Part shown: positions 50,910-64,000 of the stretch, one piece after another
Position numbering within the stretch: position 1 is the first letter of the stretch
Layout of the letters: each line of letters opens with the position of its first letter
Source of the DNA: the human T2T-CHM13v2.0 reference genome, Homo sapiens
DNA length: 64,000 nucleotides
Assembly (NCBI RefSeq): GCF_009914755.1
Contig: NC_060939.1
Strand: one strand, 5' to 3'
The notes under the pieces: model-generated
What the model was told of the DNA's origin: nothing
The model's input: only the letters and a program-made list of their open reading frames with translations
Database searches by the model: none
Made by a program: the position numbers and the translations under genes

Positions 50910-53192
50910 CTATACAAAAAATTTTAAAATTAGCCAAGTGTGGTGGCACATGCCCGTAGTCCCAGCTACCCAGGAGGCTAAGGGGGGAGGACTGCCTGAT
51001 CCCAGGAGGTCAAGGCTGCAGTGAGCTACGATCATGGCACTCCAGCCTGGGCAACAGAGCAAGACCCTGTCTCCAAAAAAAGAAAGAAAGCAGAGGTTTT
51101 GTGTGGGTGAGATCCAGGAGAAATAGGGAGCAAAAAGAAAAAAGAAAAAAGAAAAGAGAGAGAGAGAATGTGTGTTTTGATCCTGTATGACTAAATGATA
51201 ATGCCTTTATTTATAGAATTAAGGAAGTTAAAAAGAGAACTGACTATTATCTTGGATATGTTGAATTTTTTAAGTGCTAGGGAAGTCCAGCAGAAATGAA
51301 GTCCTAATCTAGTTTATTATCTACCATATAATTTAGCCTCCAGATGATTTTTCTTAAATCAAATTTCCATGAGAGGCAAGGCTCACATTTTTTTCTTTGG
51401 TTATTCATTTTTTCCTATTTTCCTCCCCTCATCTTCGCCTTATTGGTCATTGAAAAATGTTTTTTGTTTTTGTTTTTGATACAGAGTTTCACTCTGTCAC
51501 CCAGGCTGGAGTGCAGTGGCACAATCTTAGCTCACTGCAACCACCGCCTCCGGGTTCAAGCAATTCTCCTGCCTCAGCCTCCCAAGTAGCTGAGATTACA
51601 GGTGCATGCCACCACATCCTGCTAATTTTTCTATTTTTAGTTGGGATGCGGTTTCGCCACGTTGGCCAGACTTGTCTCCAACTCCTGACCTCAAGTGATT
51701 CAATTACCTACCTTGGCCTCCCAAAGTGCTAGGATTACAGGTGTGAGCCACCACACCCGGCTGAAAAATGGTGATAAAACTTTTAGATATTTTTGAAACT
51801 GAAGCACTTGGAGGATCAAGAAATTTAAAAAGACTTTACAAACTTCATCTATAATATATAACGTGGAAAATTCAATGTTGGAAAAATATGAACAAAATAT
51901 AGTCTTTCAATGATCATATGGCTAGAACAAGATGATGGAAACTGCAACTCCATTTTTTTAAAGGCAACTACTTTGAAACTGCAGAAAGAAAAAGACAAAT
52001 ATAAAAATATTAATTATAAAACCATTTTGGTAAAAACATATATAATGGCAAATATGTTTTCTAATTCAAACATTTTAAAATGCTGATTCTTGTTTTCAAT
52101 AAAGATGTTAATTCTCTGTTTAAAAAAATAATGATTCTGAAAACATGGTTAAATCTCGATAGCTTACCAAAGGAAGCTAAGAAGCTACTTAGTAACTTCC
52201 ACTCTTTAGGAGGCACTATTACATCCCAGATTCTTTTCAAAGGACACTTAAGTTTTTCACATTGGGAAGCTTTACCCTAACTGAAGTGAAAGCAAATTCC
52301 TATATACAATAAAAAACAGCTATAAACACTCCAAAACACCAAGGATTATAGAGACAAAGGTTAAAAAAAAAATCACAGGAAAAAAAATCCAAAATGTTCA
52401 CAAAAGTTTGTAAGTACTATATGTTCACTTAAGCATCAAGAATAAAGTCACATGACATTAATGAAAATATACTAAGAAGGCTATTTAAAAATAACCAACT
52501 GAAAAGAAGAAACTATCTAGCAAAATTGACATTCATATTATGTTATAATATAATTTCAATCTGTATTATAAACCTATAATCAAGGATCACCAGACTTTAA
52601 TGAGGCAGTTTTGAGTAGTAATATGTGTTGTCCTTATGCTCAAAATTTAGTTCTAAAAAACTGAATTTTTTCATATGACCTTAAAGGCTCTTTCACCAAA
52701 TATGTACGATATTTAACTTGAAAGCTTTCAGTACTTTCGGCATAAAAGGTTCTATCCACTGAAGCCTGGGGAAAAAACTTCCACTACCACACATTGTTTA
52801 CAATATGCTGGATGACAAAAAAAAAAAAGACTAGGAAATAAAACTAAATAAAATGTATTTAATTTCAAAAATCCATAAATATTGAAGGTATATTGCAATA
52901 TTACTAATCAAACAGAAATAGCTCCAGCTACATTTTGAGTGTCTCTCAAAAACCTCAATAAGAACAAAAAATGAATACATGACTAGAGTAATTTTGAGTA
53001 GCATACCCTCAAATTGAAAACACTGTTTGCTATATATTTGTAAAAGAATATTTCCTATAGGATTTTTTTTTAAGTGTGGAAAGAAGTAAGCTATAGCTAT
53101 ATTTTCCATAATTCTCAAAGACTTTTTATTTTACTGATCAACACAGTCCTTACTAGATCAATAATGATCCTAAACACTTTCCCTTGTCATAG

Positions 53193-53543
<351 letters not shown>

Positions 53544-55568
53544 TGAAAGTGTCTTAGGTAGGTGGTTCTGGCTCAGAGTCTCTCATGAGTTGCAATCAAG
53601 CAGTCATCTGGATATGTTACTTTTTAAAGTTATAAAGCATATAAAAAAGTGGCTGCCCCCCACCAAAGTGAAATTTAAATTCCATGATCACAGCTAACTC
53701 GGATCTGTAATATTCATTTACTTTGAAAAACCAATAACTTATCATTGCCACATTTTTAGTGCACTTTTTAGAAGTAAAATACGCTCGAAAATGGTCTAAA
53801 TTATGCAAACTTCCCTTCTAGTATTACATTTAAAGATATTTGAAGCCCCACATAATTGAGTTCAATTTGCTAAAGCAAATGAGGTCTAACCTCTTGAAGA
53901 TTTCCTGAAGTATTAAAATAATCAACACTTAAAATCAAAAGAAGATACAACAATCTAAAGTCATATATAATGCAATAGAGAATTTACTAAATTATGTATT
54001 AACCATAGTACAAGATAATGAGCAAGATATATTATTCTCAGCCCCCTAACCAATGTACAAATTTGCATCAACTTGATATTATATATTAAATTAATGAAGT
54101 TATGGACTTTAATTTCTTCTGTGTCTAAAACTGGAAGAGGGAAGAAAGCATTTCCTAACATTCTATCATAAAAGAAAAATGTTAAGAGAAACTTTCCTTT
54201 AAAACCATGCTTCATATGTCCCCTTCGGTGTCTTGATAAAATGTTATCATACAGGAAAACATAAGCTTCTAAATCAAAGATTTCCTTCAATGTTTTCAAT
54301 TTGCATAGATCACAATATAACACACACATTATTTGAAACATTTTTTGACTTCAGACAAATGCCTCAAGATTAATCATATTAAGCTATATTTGTCATCATT
54401 ACTGCTTCTTTATTTAAAAAAAAAAGGAAATAAAGCAAGCAATACATAGCATTCAATTCCCTTGATAAGTTAAAATCATTTCCCCCTTCTATCCCCAAAT
54501 GAACTTTATTCTATTCCATTTAGCCAAAGGTACACAGCCAACACATCTTTGTGTTATACTGTGGCAAATCAGGGTTTAGATACCAATGCAACTATTATCA
54601 ATGGCTCAGAACCAAACATTGTTAACAAAACACACTGAGTGGATCCTCCCTCTGCGTGTGTGTCTACATGTGCCCATTCATAACATGACCCTCCTACACA
54701 CACAGAAACTCAATTTCTACTGAATTACAAAACATCTTCACATTATTAGAAGTGTATAATAAAACTGTCCTCTTTAATGTTCAAAGAAAGAATAATTTCT
54801 AAAGCGATGAGAGAGAAGAGTTAATACCAGGATTGCTGCTACCCATCAACTTTAATTCAAAGCAAAGTACAACTCAATGTCATTTTTACCTCTACTGTAG
54901 CCTCGACGGATACAAAATTAACTTCGCTGTAGAATAAAGTATCCTGGCATCCCAATGGATTATTTACTTCTCCGATTTGACAGAACATATACGTGAGTCT
55001 TTTGTCCCTCCCACAGCATCCCAGGGTGTCAACATCATCTCTGCCACAGCAAATGACGAGCAAATCCCTCAGATCATTACTTCAGCACCCTAAGTACAAG
55101 AAAGTCGCGGCCTTCACTGTCGTTACAACACAGCAAACAGATTCAGTAGTCCCATGTTCCTTTCCATGATAGTTGGGGAGGCGGGGTGGGAAATAAGCGC
55201 TCAGATTTCCTAGGAATCCTTCGTGTTCGGTGCTGGTACCAGAAGTGGCATGGGTACAAGTGATATGTGGGTCACCCACAGAGAGAGACGCAGAACGAAG
55301 CTTCGTGACCCTCCAAGTTCAGTGAAGACACCCAAAGCCTGGGGCAAAACGAGGCGGCAGCCTTCGGGGAAATCGGGCAGAACCAGAACGATCTCCGAGA
55401 TGGAGAGTGACGGGGTCTGGCACGAGCCCCGGGCTTGCAGCGAACTGAAAGTCCCCGGTACCCCTCCCCTCCTCAGCAGGCTCGGTCACTCGGCGAGGGG
55501 TGCGGCCGGAGGAGGGGGTCGAGACTGGGGGAGGGCGGCGCCCTGGGGGGTCGGGGGGTGTGTCCTAC

Positions 55569-55940
55569 CTGGGCCGTGGCGGACGCAGGGGTTTCTGGAG
55601 GAGGGCTCTGGTCCAGCTCAGGACCGGGACCGGCGGGGGTTAACCCTCGGCAGGCGGGACCGCCACTGCCTGCCCATCCCCCACCGCCGACTGCGGCGGG
55701 ACCCGAGCGCGGCTTCCAGGGCCGGCCGGCTGGGTAGTCCCCTGGGGTACGGTCCGCGTTTACTGGCGGCGGCGGCGGCGGCTGCTGCTGCTGTTACTGC
55801 TGCTGCCGGCTCCCCCAAGCCGCTGCTCTTGTGCCAGCACCTGCTCCCCCTCCTGCCGCCGCCGCCGCCTCGTCCCCACCGCTCCCATCGCCGCTGCGGC
55901 GACTACTGCAGAGCCCGCTGACCCGACCCGACGTTATTCT
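55569..55940 (-). other. TTBK2: TTBK2 non-coding exon 1 (transcription start approximate)
   Basis: Lies in the CpG island downstream of CCAAT and GC boxes. Donor CCCAG|GTAGGA (GT at 55568-55567). The 5' boundary is inferred, not directly visible. Confidence 0.72.
55765..55806 (-). repeat. Compound trinucleotide repeat in TTBK2 5'UTR: (GCA)3 GTA ACA (GCA)3 (GCC)6
   Basis: Read directly from the sequence. A second short (CGG)4 tract lies at ~55856-55867. Confidence 0.95.
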
Positions 55941-56188
55941 CCCCCCTCGTAACCCGACACAGCCTAGCCCACCTGCCCTGCCAGCGCGCACGCCCACCTC
56001 TCCGCTACAGGTGCTGATTGGAGAGTGCGTTCCGAACTCGCAGCGTCGGTTGGCTAGTCCCATTGCCTATCACGAAGGGGGCGGAGAGTCGGGCAGAAAC
56101 CGTCTCCGCCCCCCACCGGAGAATTGCCGCTATCTTCAGGTTTGCCTGAGAGGGCGAGTTACCGGGAAAGGAGCATCACAATGGCAGC

Positions 56189-56222
56189 GCGCATGCGCCT
56201 AGGAATTCTGGGCCTCGTAGTT
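56189..56222. promoter_or_regulatory. NRF1 palindrome plus adjacent ZNF143/SBS-like motif
   Basis: GCGCATGCGC at 56189-56198. The minus strand of ~56202-56222 reads AACTACGAGGCCCAGAATTCC, resembling ACTACAnnTCCCAGAATGC. Confidence 0.7.
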
Positions 56223-57862
56223 CCAGCCATAGCCGCAACTCCCCGCCTGTCCCGAGGAGAGAAGTAGGGCTTCCGAGACAAGTAGTTTGCGCACATAGGT
56301 GTTCTCCTAGCGTGACAGTTAAATTGGTTATAGAGGGATGGTTGGGACCCCATGGTTGGGCTTTTCGGAATAAAATCGGAAATGCTTTGTCACGATACGA
56401 AATTACACACTGAGGCAGTCGCGATGAAGGGCCCAAATCGTGAGGCCCTGCAAGCCTTAAGGATCCATCCTCTTCCTCAGCATCAGCGCTGACAGCATCC
56501 CGCAAATTGGCGCCGTCCCCAGAACCGCCTAACGTGAAGCTAATCATCTTTGGGGGACTGGGGAAGGGCCTTAGGTGTGACGAGGAAAGGAGATGGGCAC
56601 TTCCATAAACGAATGTCAACTTGGAGACCGGAGTGTCCTTACGGTTTCACAACCCAAGAACAAGATTTCATTCCCTTTGTGAAACACCACCAGCTAAAGA
56701 CTCAATGGCCAGCCCCGGTGCACACCAGTATGCGATGCTGAGCAAGTGTATGCGGGAGGTGCTCAAAGACTTTCAAAGAAAAGCGAGGAGGGCGGAGCAA
56801 GGACGCTGTGCAGGATGCGTTTCTATTTAGTGTTGTGTCAGTCGCTTTGGCGAAGGAAAACCTTAAGATTAAGCACCTCTCCCATCTTTGCCCACCAGTG
56901 TACAGTAGAGAAAACACATGAAAAACGCTAAACAGCTTTCCTAAGGCTATAAACTAATCAGTGGCAAAACCAAAACTCAGGTCTCTCATACGCCCCACAT
57001 CTAATGTCCTTTCTACTTAAGAATCACAATGATCCCCAGGGTTCTGCCATGAATGGAAAGAATGTAATGAATTATGAACTTCATTTTTACTTTAAATCCT
57101 TTTCTTCACTCAAGTGACATTGTCATTAAAGCTGATTAAGAATATAGAAAGGTAAATGACTAATCCTATATTCAATCTTGGAACTGTTCCTATAGAATCT
57201 GTTTCTTCTTGCTCAGGAAGTGCCACAGCCTCTTGCCATTCTTTTTAAAAACAGCAGGCATCTCTACTCTCTGTCATGTCCAGATCCTTGGATTGAAAGC
57301 AGGACAAAATGTACATTAAAGGCAAGTGATGATGCAGCTCATCTTGTTCTATGCAAACATAAAGATGTTGCCAAATTGTTTTTTATTTCTACTGATTAAA
57401 ACCACACGTTACTTTTTCTATTACTATGTCTAATAGAGTACTTCATTCATTTCAGAGTATTGACCAATCACATAATTTGAATAAGAAAACATTAGGGTTT
57501 CTGTAAATATTTTTCTTTAAAATTAAAGAAGTTTATAGGGGCCAGGCACAGTGGCTAATGCCTGCAATCCCAGCACTTTGAGAGGCTGATGTGGGAGGAT
57601 CACTTCAGTCCAGGAGTTCAAGACCAAACTGGGCAATGTAAGGAGACATAAGGAGACTCCTTCTGCACACACACACACACACACACAAAATTATCACGGA
57701 AGCATGGATTTAAAATTTTTTTTAATTAGCCGGGCATGGTGGCATGCCCCTGTAGTCTCAGCTATTCGGGAGGCTGAGGCAGGAGGATCGGTTGAGCCCA
57801 GGAGTTCAAGACCAGCCTGGGCAACATAACAAGACCTTGTCTCTACACACAAAAAATTTTTA

Positions 57863-58144
<282 letters not shown>

Positions 58145-58315
58145 TTAGAATTATTGAGCTGTCCCCAGAGATACTCTTTCAGTCAGGCTAAATGTCAATG
58201 TAATATGTTATTCAAGAGCTGGTACTGGAGTTTAGGAATCCCCTTTGAGTTATAGATATAGATAGATCTCAAGTATATATATAAAACTCAAATATATATG
58301 CATGTATCTCTTTTA

Positions 58316-58456
<141 letters not shown>

Positions 58457-58463
58457 TTAATTA

Positions 58464-58595
<132 letters not shown>

Positions 58596-58607
58596 CTAAT
58601 ACATAAA

Positions 58608-59157
58608 TGTGGTAGCCAGACTTCCAGATGGCCCCCAATGATCCCTACCTCACTTACTCTCATTCTTATTTATTCCTTTCCATACTGAATTGGACTGACC
58701 TGTGTAACCAATAGGATTTTCCAGAAATTATGGTGTGGGAATATCAAGGCCAGGTTATAACAGACATTGTAGCTTCTGCCTTATGTGTTCTTGGATCACT
58801 TATTTAGGGAGAAGCCAGTTGTCTTCTCCTGAAGATACTCTAGCAGTTCCATGCAGTGTTCCCCTGGCAAGGAACTGAAGCATCACATCAATAATCAGCA
58901 CCAGTTTGCCGTCTATGTTAGTGAGCCATTCTTAGAAATGAATCCTCCAGCCCCAGTCAAGCCTTCAGATGACTGAAAGCCCAGCTGGCTTCTTAACCAC
59001 CACCTTGTGAGACACTCCAAGCCAGAACTACCCAGCTAAGCCACTTCTAAAATGTGTTACTATATCACAGAAACTATGTGATATAGTAAATATTTACTAT
59101 TGCTTTAAGCATTAATTTTTGGGATAATTGGTCATGCAGCAAGAGATAACGAATACA
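58608..59157 (+). mobile_element. MLT1F-like MaLR LTR
   Basis: TGTGGTAGCCAGACTTCCAGATGGCCCCCAATGATCCC...CCCCAGTCAAGCCTTCAGATGACTG...GATAACGAATACA. Confidence 0.72.
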
Positions 59158-59841
59158 GTAAGACTTGGGAAAATAAGAGAGAGGAATAACTCAAGTCTAA
59201 GGATGTGTCCCTGGATAAGTCTAAAGGAATCAGACAGACTCTAGGATCAGTCTTACAGCATATTCAAAGATACAATGTCCAAAGTTCAGACATTAAAAAG
59301 TCCCCACACAGGACATAAAGCCCCTTTTAACACAGCTTCTTTTCTCCTAGCATGAAATAAATAACATATTGAAGAATCTCTTTCTTCTTTTCCTTTCCTT
59401 CCATTTATGTCCTCTTCTGCCTATCTTTAGGTACCACTTTGTAACCTTCTTCCCATAATCCAAACAGAAAAGGATCTAGATGTGTCATTTACATCACATT
59501 GTTATTAGGACAGCACCACAGTGTGAATCAGTGTGCAACTCAAGGAAAAGAGACCTCTGCCCTTTTCTCTTTCTATCTCTCTCTTTAGAAACAAATCTCA
59601 GAGTTGCACATGAGAAGTGGGTAAATATATGTTATGTTAATTATATCTCAATAAATCTCTTTTTTAAACTCATTACGCAGTGCTTTGAAACATGAAACTC
59701 AATAGTGAACTGGTGCTCAAGCATTTCTGCAAACCAGCAAGCAGCCCTGTTTTTCAGTTTTTCAGCAAATAAGTTTCTATTTGAATGTTACTTAATCCAC
59801 AAACAAAATCCCCATAAACAAGTTTTTTTGTTTTTTTCTGA

Positions 59842-59994
<153 letters not shown>

Positions 59995-60354
59995 TAATAT
60001 TTTTAGTAGCGATGGGGTTTCACCGTGTTAGCCAGGATGGTCTCAATCTCCTGACCTCATGATCCGCCTGCCTTGGCCTCCCAAAGTGCTGGGATTACAA
60101 GCGTAAGCCACCACACCCGGCCCCCATAAACAAGTTTTTATAGAGCCTACTAATGCCATCTACTCTGATAGGCACTGGGAAAGCAAATTTGAATAAATTC
60201 AGTCCTGTCCCTCAGGGTTTCACAATGTAATGATTAGCAAACATGCAAATCTTATTAGAATACATTGTAATAACTGCTATAAGAGAGGTATACAGCATAT
60301 AAAGATACTCAAAGGCCAAATCCTTGGGGTTCTCTGAGAGCTTCATTTCTTTAA

Positions 60355-60793
<439 letters not shown>

Positions 60794-60796
60794 TGA

Positions 60797-61077
<281 letters not shown>

Positions 61078-61501
61078 TGAGCCACTGCACCAGGCCCTGA
61101 TTTCTAATTAAAGAAATTTCAAGCAAAAAGAATTAGGTAAGAGAAAACGGTGTTGAGCGGGCAAGGCAAAAAACTCTCAATTTGGGAGATATGAGTTTAT
61201 CGCCTTTTAACCTATTGATATCAATTTGTGTTTAATGATGATGATTAAAATAGACCGTAATATCAGAAAAGATTGACATTGATTAGACCTAGTAAAGTGA
61301 GAAAAGAAACTAAAAGAGTTTACATTCACAAAGTAATTCTAATTGTGGTTATTTCTTGATCTGCTTCCTGTTTAGGCCTTTTATGAAACACAGAATAATT
61401 ATATCATTAACTGTTAACTTTTTGCAAGTTTTATTAGAAGAGTGAATTATAGCTACACATATTTGCTCATATTTTTGTTGCAAGGTCATATATATATATA
61501 A

Positions 61502-61804
<303 letters not shown>

Positions 61805-62081
61805 TAATATATTATTGTTGTATACTCATATTTTTAAAATGAGAAAGTAGTGGGGTGATGTTATGATTGTGCCTGTGACAGTCTGGAAAAAGTTCAGTGA
61901 CTTTCAGTCTAGTTCAGGAACCTGCCACTCCACTCCAAACACTGGACAGCTTTCTGTGATTTTCAGGCTCTTCTGGCAGGATCATTAACTGGCTAGCAAT
62001 GCTAATAGCGCACCCTAGCGATAATAGTGTTCCACTGCAAGGTGTATTGAAGCAAAACTGGTCTTATATTTTTGACATTAA

Positions 62082-62522
<441 letters not shown>

Positions 62523-64000
62523 TAGATGGCAGATAAAAATTTCCAGAAATGTATTAAGCACCTACATCAAGGCTACCATAGGATATCCTATGGAGGATTA
62601 AAAATATATAAGATGTGGTTCCTATATATGCTATTTTGAATTATAGTTTTTGTACATCTTATTTTTATAGAATGTAGAGGGATAATTTCTTATACTGTGT
62701 ATTCCCCATACCTTCTTCACTCTGTAAATATTAAGTACACTCAGTAGGTATTTTAAAATAATTAATGCAAAAAGTTAAATACTAATAAGTACAAAAATAC
62801 AAGTGATGTCACATTGTATTACCTTTCAAACAAGTGCTATCAACACCTCTGGGTTTGCCTTTTTCTGCATTTTTCTGTATTAAGATGCTTTCAAAGAAAA
62901 GAAATGGTATCACTCTGTTGCCCAGGCTGGAGTGCAATGGTGCCAGTATAGCTCTCTGTAACCTTGAACACCTGAGCTCAAGCAATTCTCCCACCTCAGC
63001 CTCTTCAGTAGCTAGAACTACAGCAGTGTACCACCTCATCTTTTTTATTATTATTATTTTGTAGGGCCAGGGCTAGCACTATATTGCGCAGTCTGGTCTT
63101 GAACCGCTGGCCTCATGGTATCTTCTCACCTTAGCCTCCCAAAGCACTAGGATTTCAGGTTTGAACCACTGCACCCAGCAAAATGCTTTTTTATTTTCCT
63201 CAACTCTTATCCAGAAACACAACAAGGGTGATTGTTAAAACAACAAAGAAAATCCTTCAGTGTGGAGACCTCAGAATAGACAGAAGAGAGAACAATCCTA
63301 GGAAATTTACCTTGGGAGTGGTAACAGCAGTATGGAACTAGAAACGGGACTTTTTGCGTTCCTGGGTCAGTCTGTCTGATAAACAGCATTCAAATAGAGT
63401 CCCTGCTTATTCTTAGCACGGCATCTCATTGTGTGCTCGCATGTTAAGCTTGCTCTAAACAAGTCAGGGTTGCAAGTCTGTGGGGGAATATCCAGATCCA
63501 GTTGGAGATGAGTTCTAGCCTTGCAGAAGGACAGTATACTTATTCCTCTTTTCTTTTTTTTTTTTAGACAGAGTTTTGCTCTTGTCGCCCAGGCTGGAGT
63601 GCAACCTCCTCGGCTCACTGCAACCTCCACTTCCTGGGTTCAAGCAATTCTCCTGCCTCAGTAGGAGGCAGTAGCTGGGATTATAGGTGCCCGCCACCAA
63701 GCTCAGCTAATTTTATTGGTATTTTTAGTAGAGATGGGGTTTCATCATGTTGGCCAGGCTAGTCTCAAAACTCCTGACCTCAGGTGATCCGCCCATCTCG
63801 GCCTCCCAAAGTGCTGGGATTACAGGTGTGAGCCACCTCGCCTGGCCTCCTGTTTTCTTAGTGAACTGAAACTTCGTTTTTTTGCTCACACAGATTTTGA
63901 AAAAATTCGTTGCTGGGAAAATAAAAACAACTGGAAAAAATAAAAATTTTAAACTTTGAATTCTAGTTGCATGTAATAGGAAGTTGAGAATGAACTCAAG

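Larger units (their letters stand above)
55280..56600. promoter_or_regulatory. CpG island / TTBK2 promoter
   Basis: Abrupt GC- and CpG-rich block in an AT-rich background. CCAAT (ATTGG 56017-56021), GC boxes (GGGGGCGGAG 56077-56086; CTCCGCCCCC ~56104-56113). No obvious TATA box. Confidence 0.93.

Noticed and set aside
55223-55921. 232-aa plus-strand ORF and overlapping ORFs across the CpG island
   Set aside because: GTG start, low-complexity Arg/Gly/Pro/Ala content and no recognisable domain. Long open frames are expected in GC-rich DNA antisense to an exon.
56155-56316. RFX X-box-like strings (GTTACCGGGAAAG, GTTCTCCTAGCG), attractive for a ciliary gene
   Set aside because: Each matches only one half-site well. 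Cannot be supported without a PWM scan or ChIP data.

Overview
Human genomic DNA, judged from the dense Alu/L1 content and a human-specific AluYb8. The window holds the 5' end of TTBK2 (tau-tubulin kinase 2, the SCA11/ciliogenesis gene) on the minus strand: a CpG-island promoter with non-coding exon 1 (~55569-55940), a ~41.7 kb intron 1, start-codon exon 2 (13686-13821) and kinase exon 3 (7744-7891). Intron 3 runs off the left edge. Almost everything else is transposon-derived: roughly 70 Alus (counted by eye), several fragmented L1M elements, MaLR/MER21-type LTRs, DNA MITEs, and a 5.6 kb two-LTR HERV-H provirus antisense to TTBK2. Nearly all ORFs in the supplied track are Alu or CpG-island artefacts. 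I found no new protein-coding system. The best leads are regulatory or structural: (1) a (UG)19 tract just after the start-codon exon, suggesting TDP-43 feedback on a TDP-43 kinase; (2) three AUG uORFs in the 5'UTR, one translating CGG/CAG/CCG repeats into poly-Arg/Ser; (3) a candidate poison exon; (4) a four-layer nested insertion with all target-site duplications (TSDs) readable; (5) a Phe-type primer-binding site (PBS) and LTR asymmetry in the HERV-H; (6) a young AluYb8 without a TSD. Repeat subfamily names and boundaries are from visual recognition and are approximate unless a TSD is quoted.
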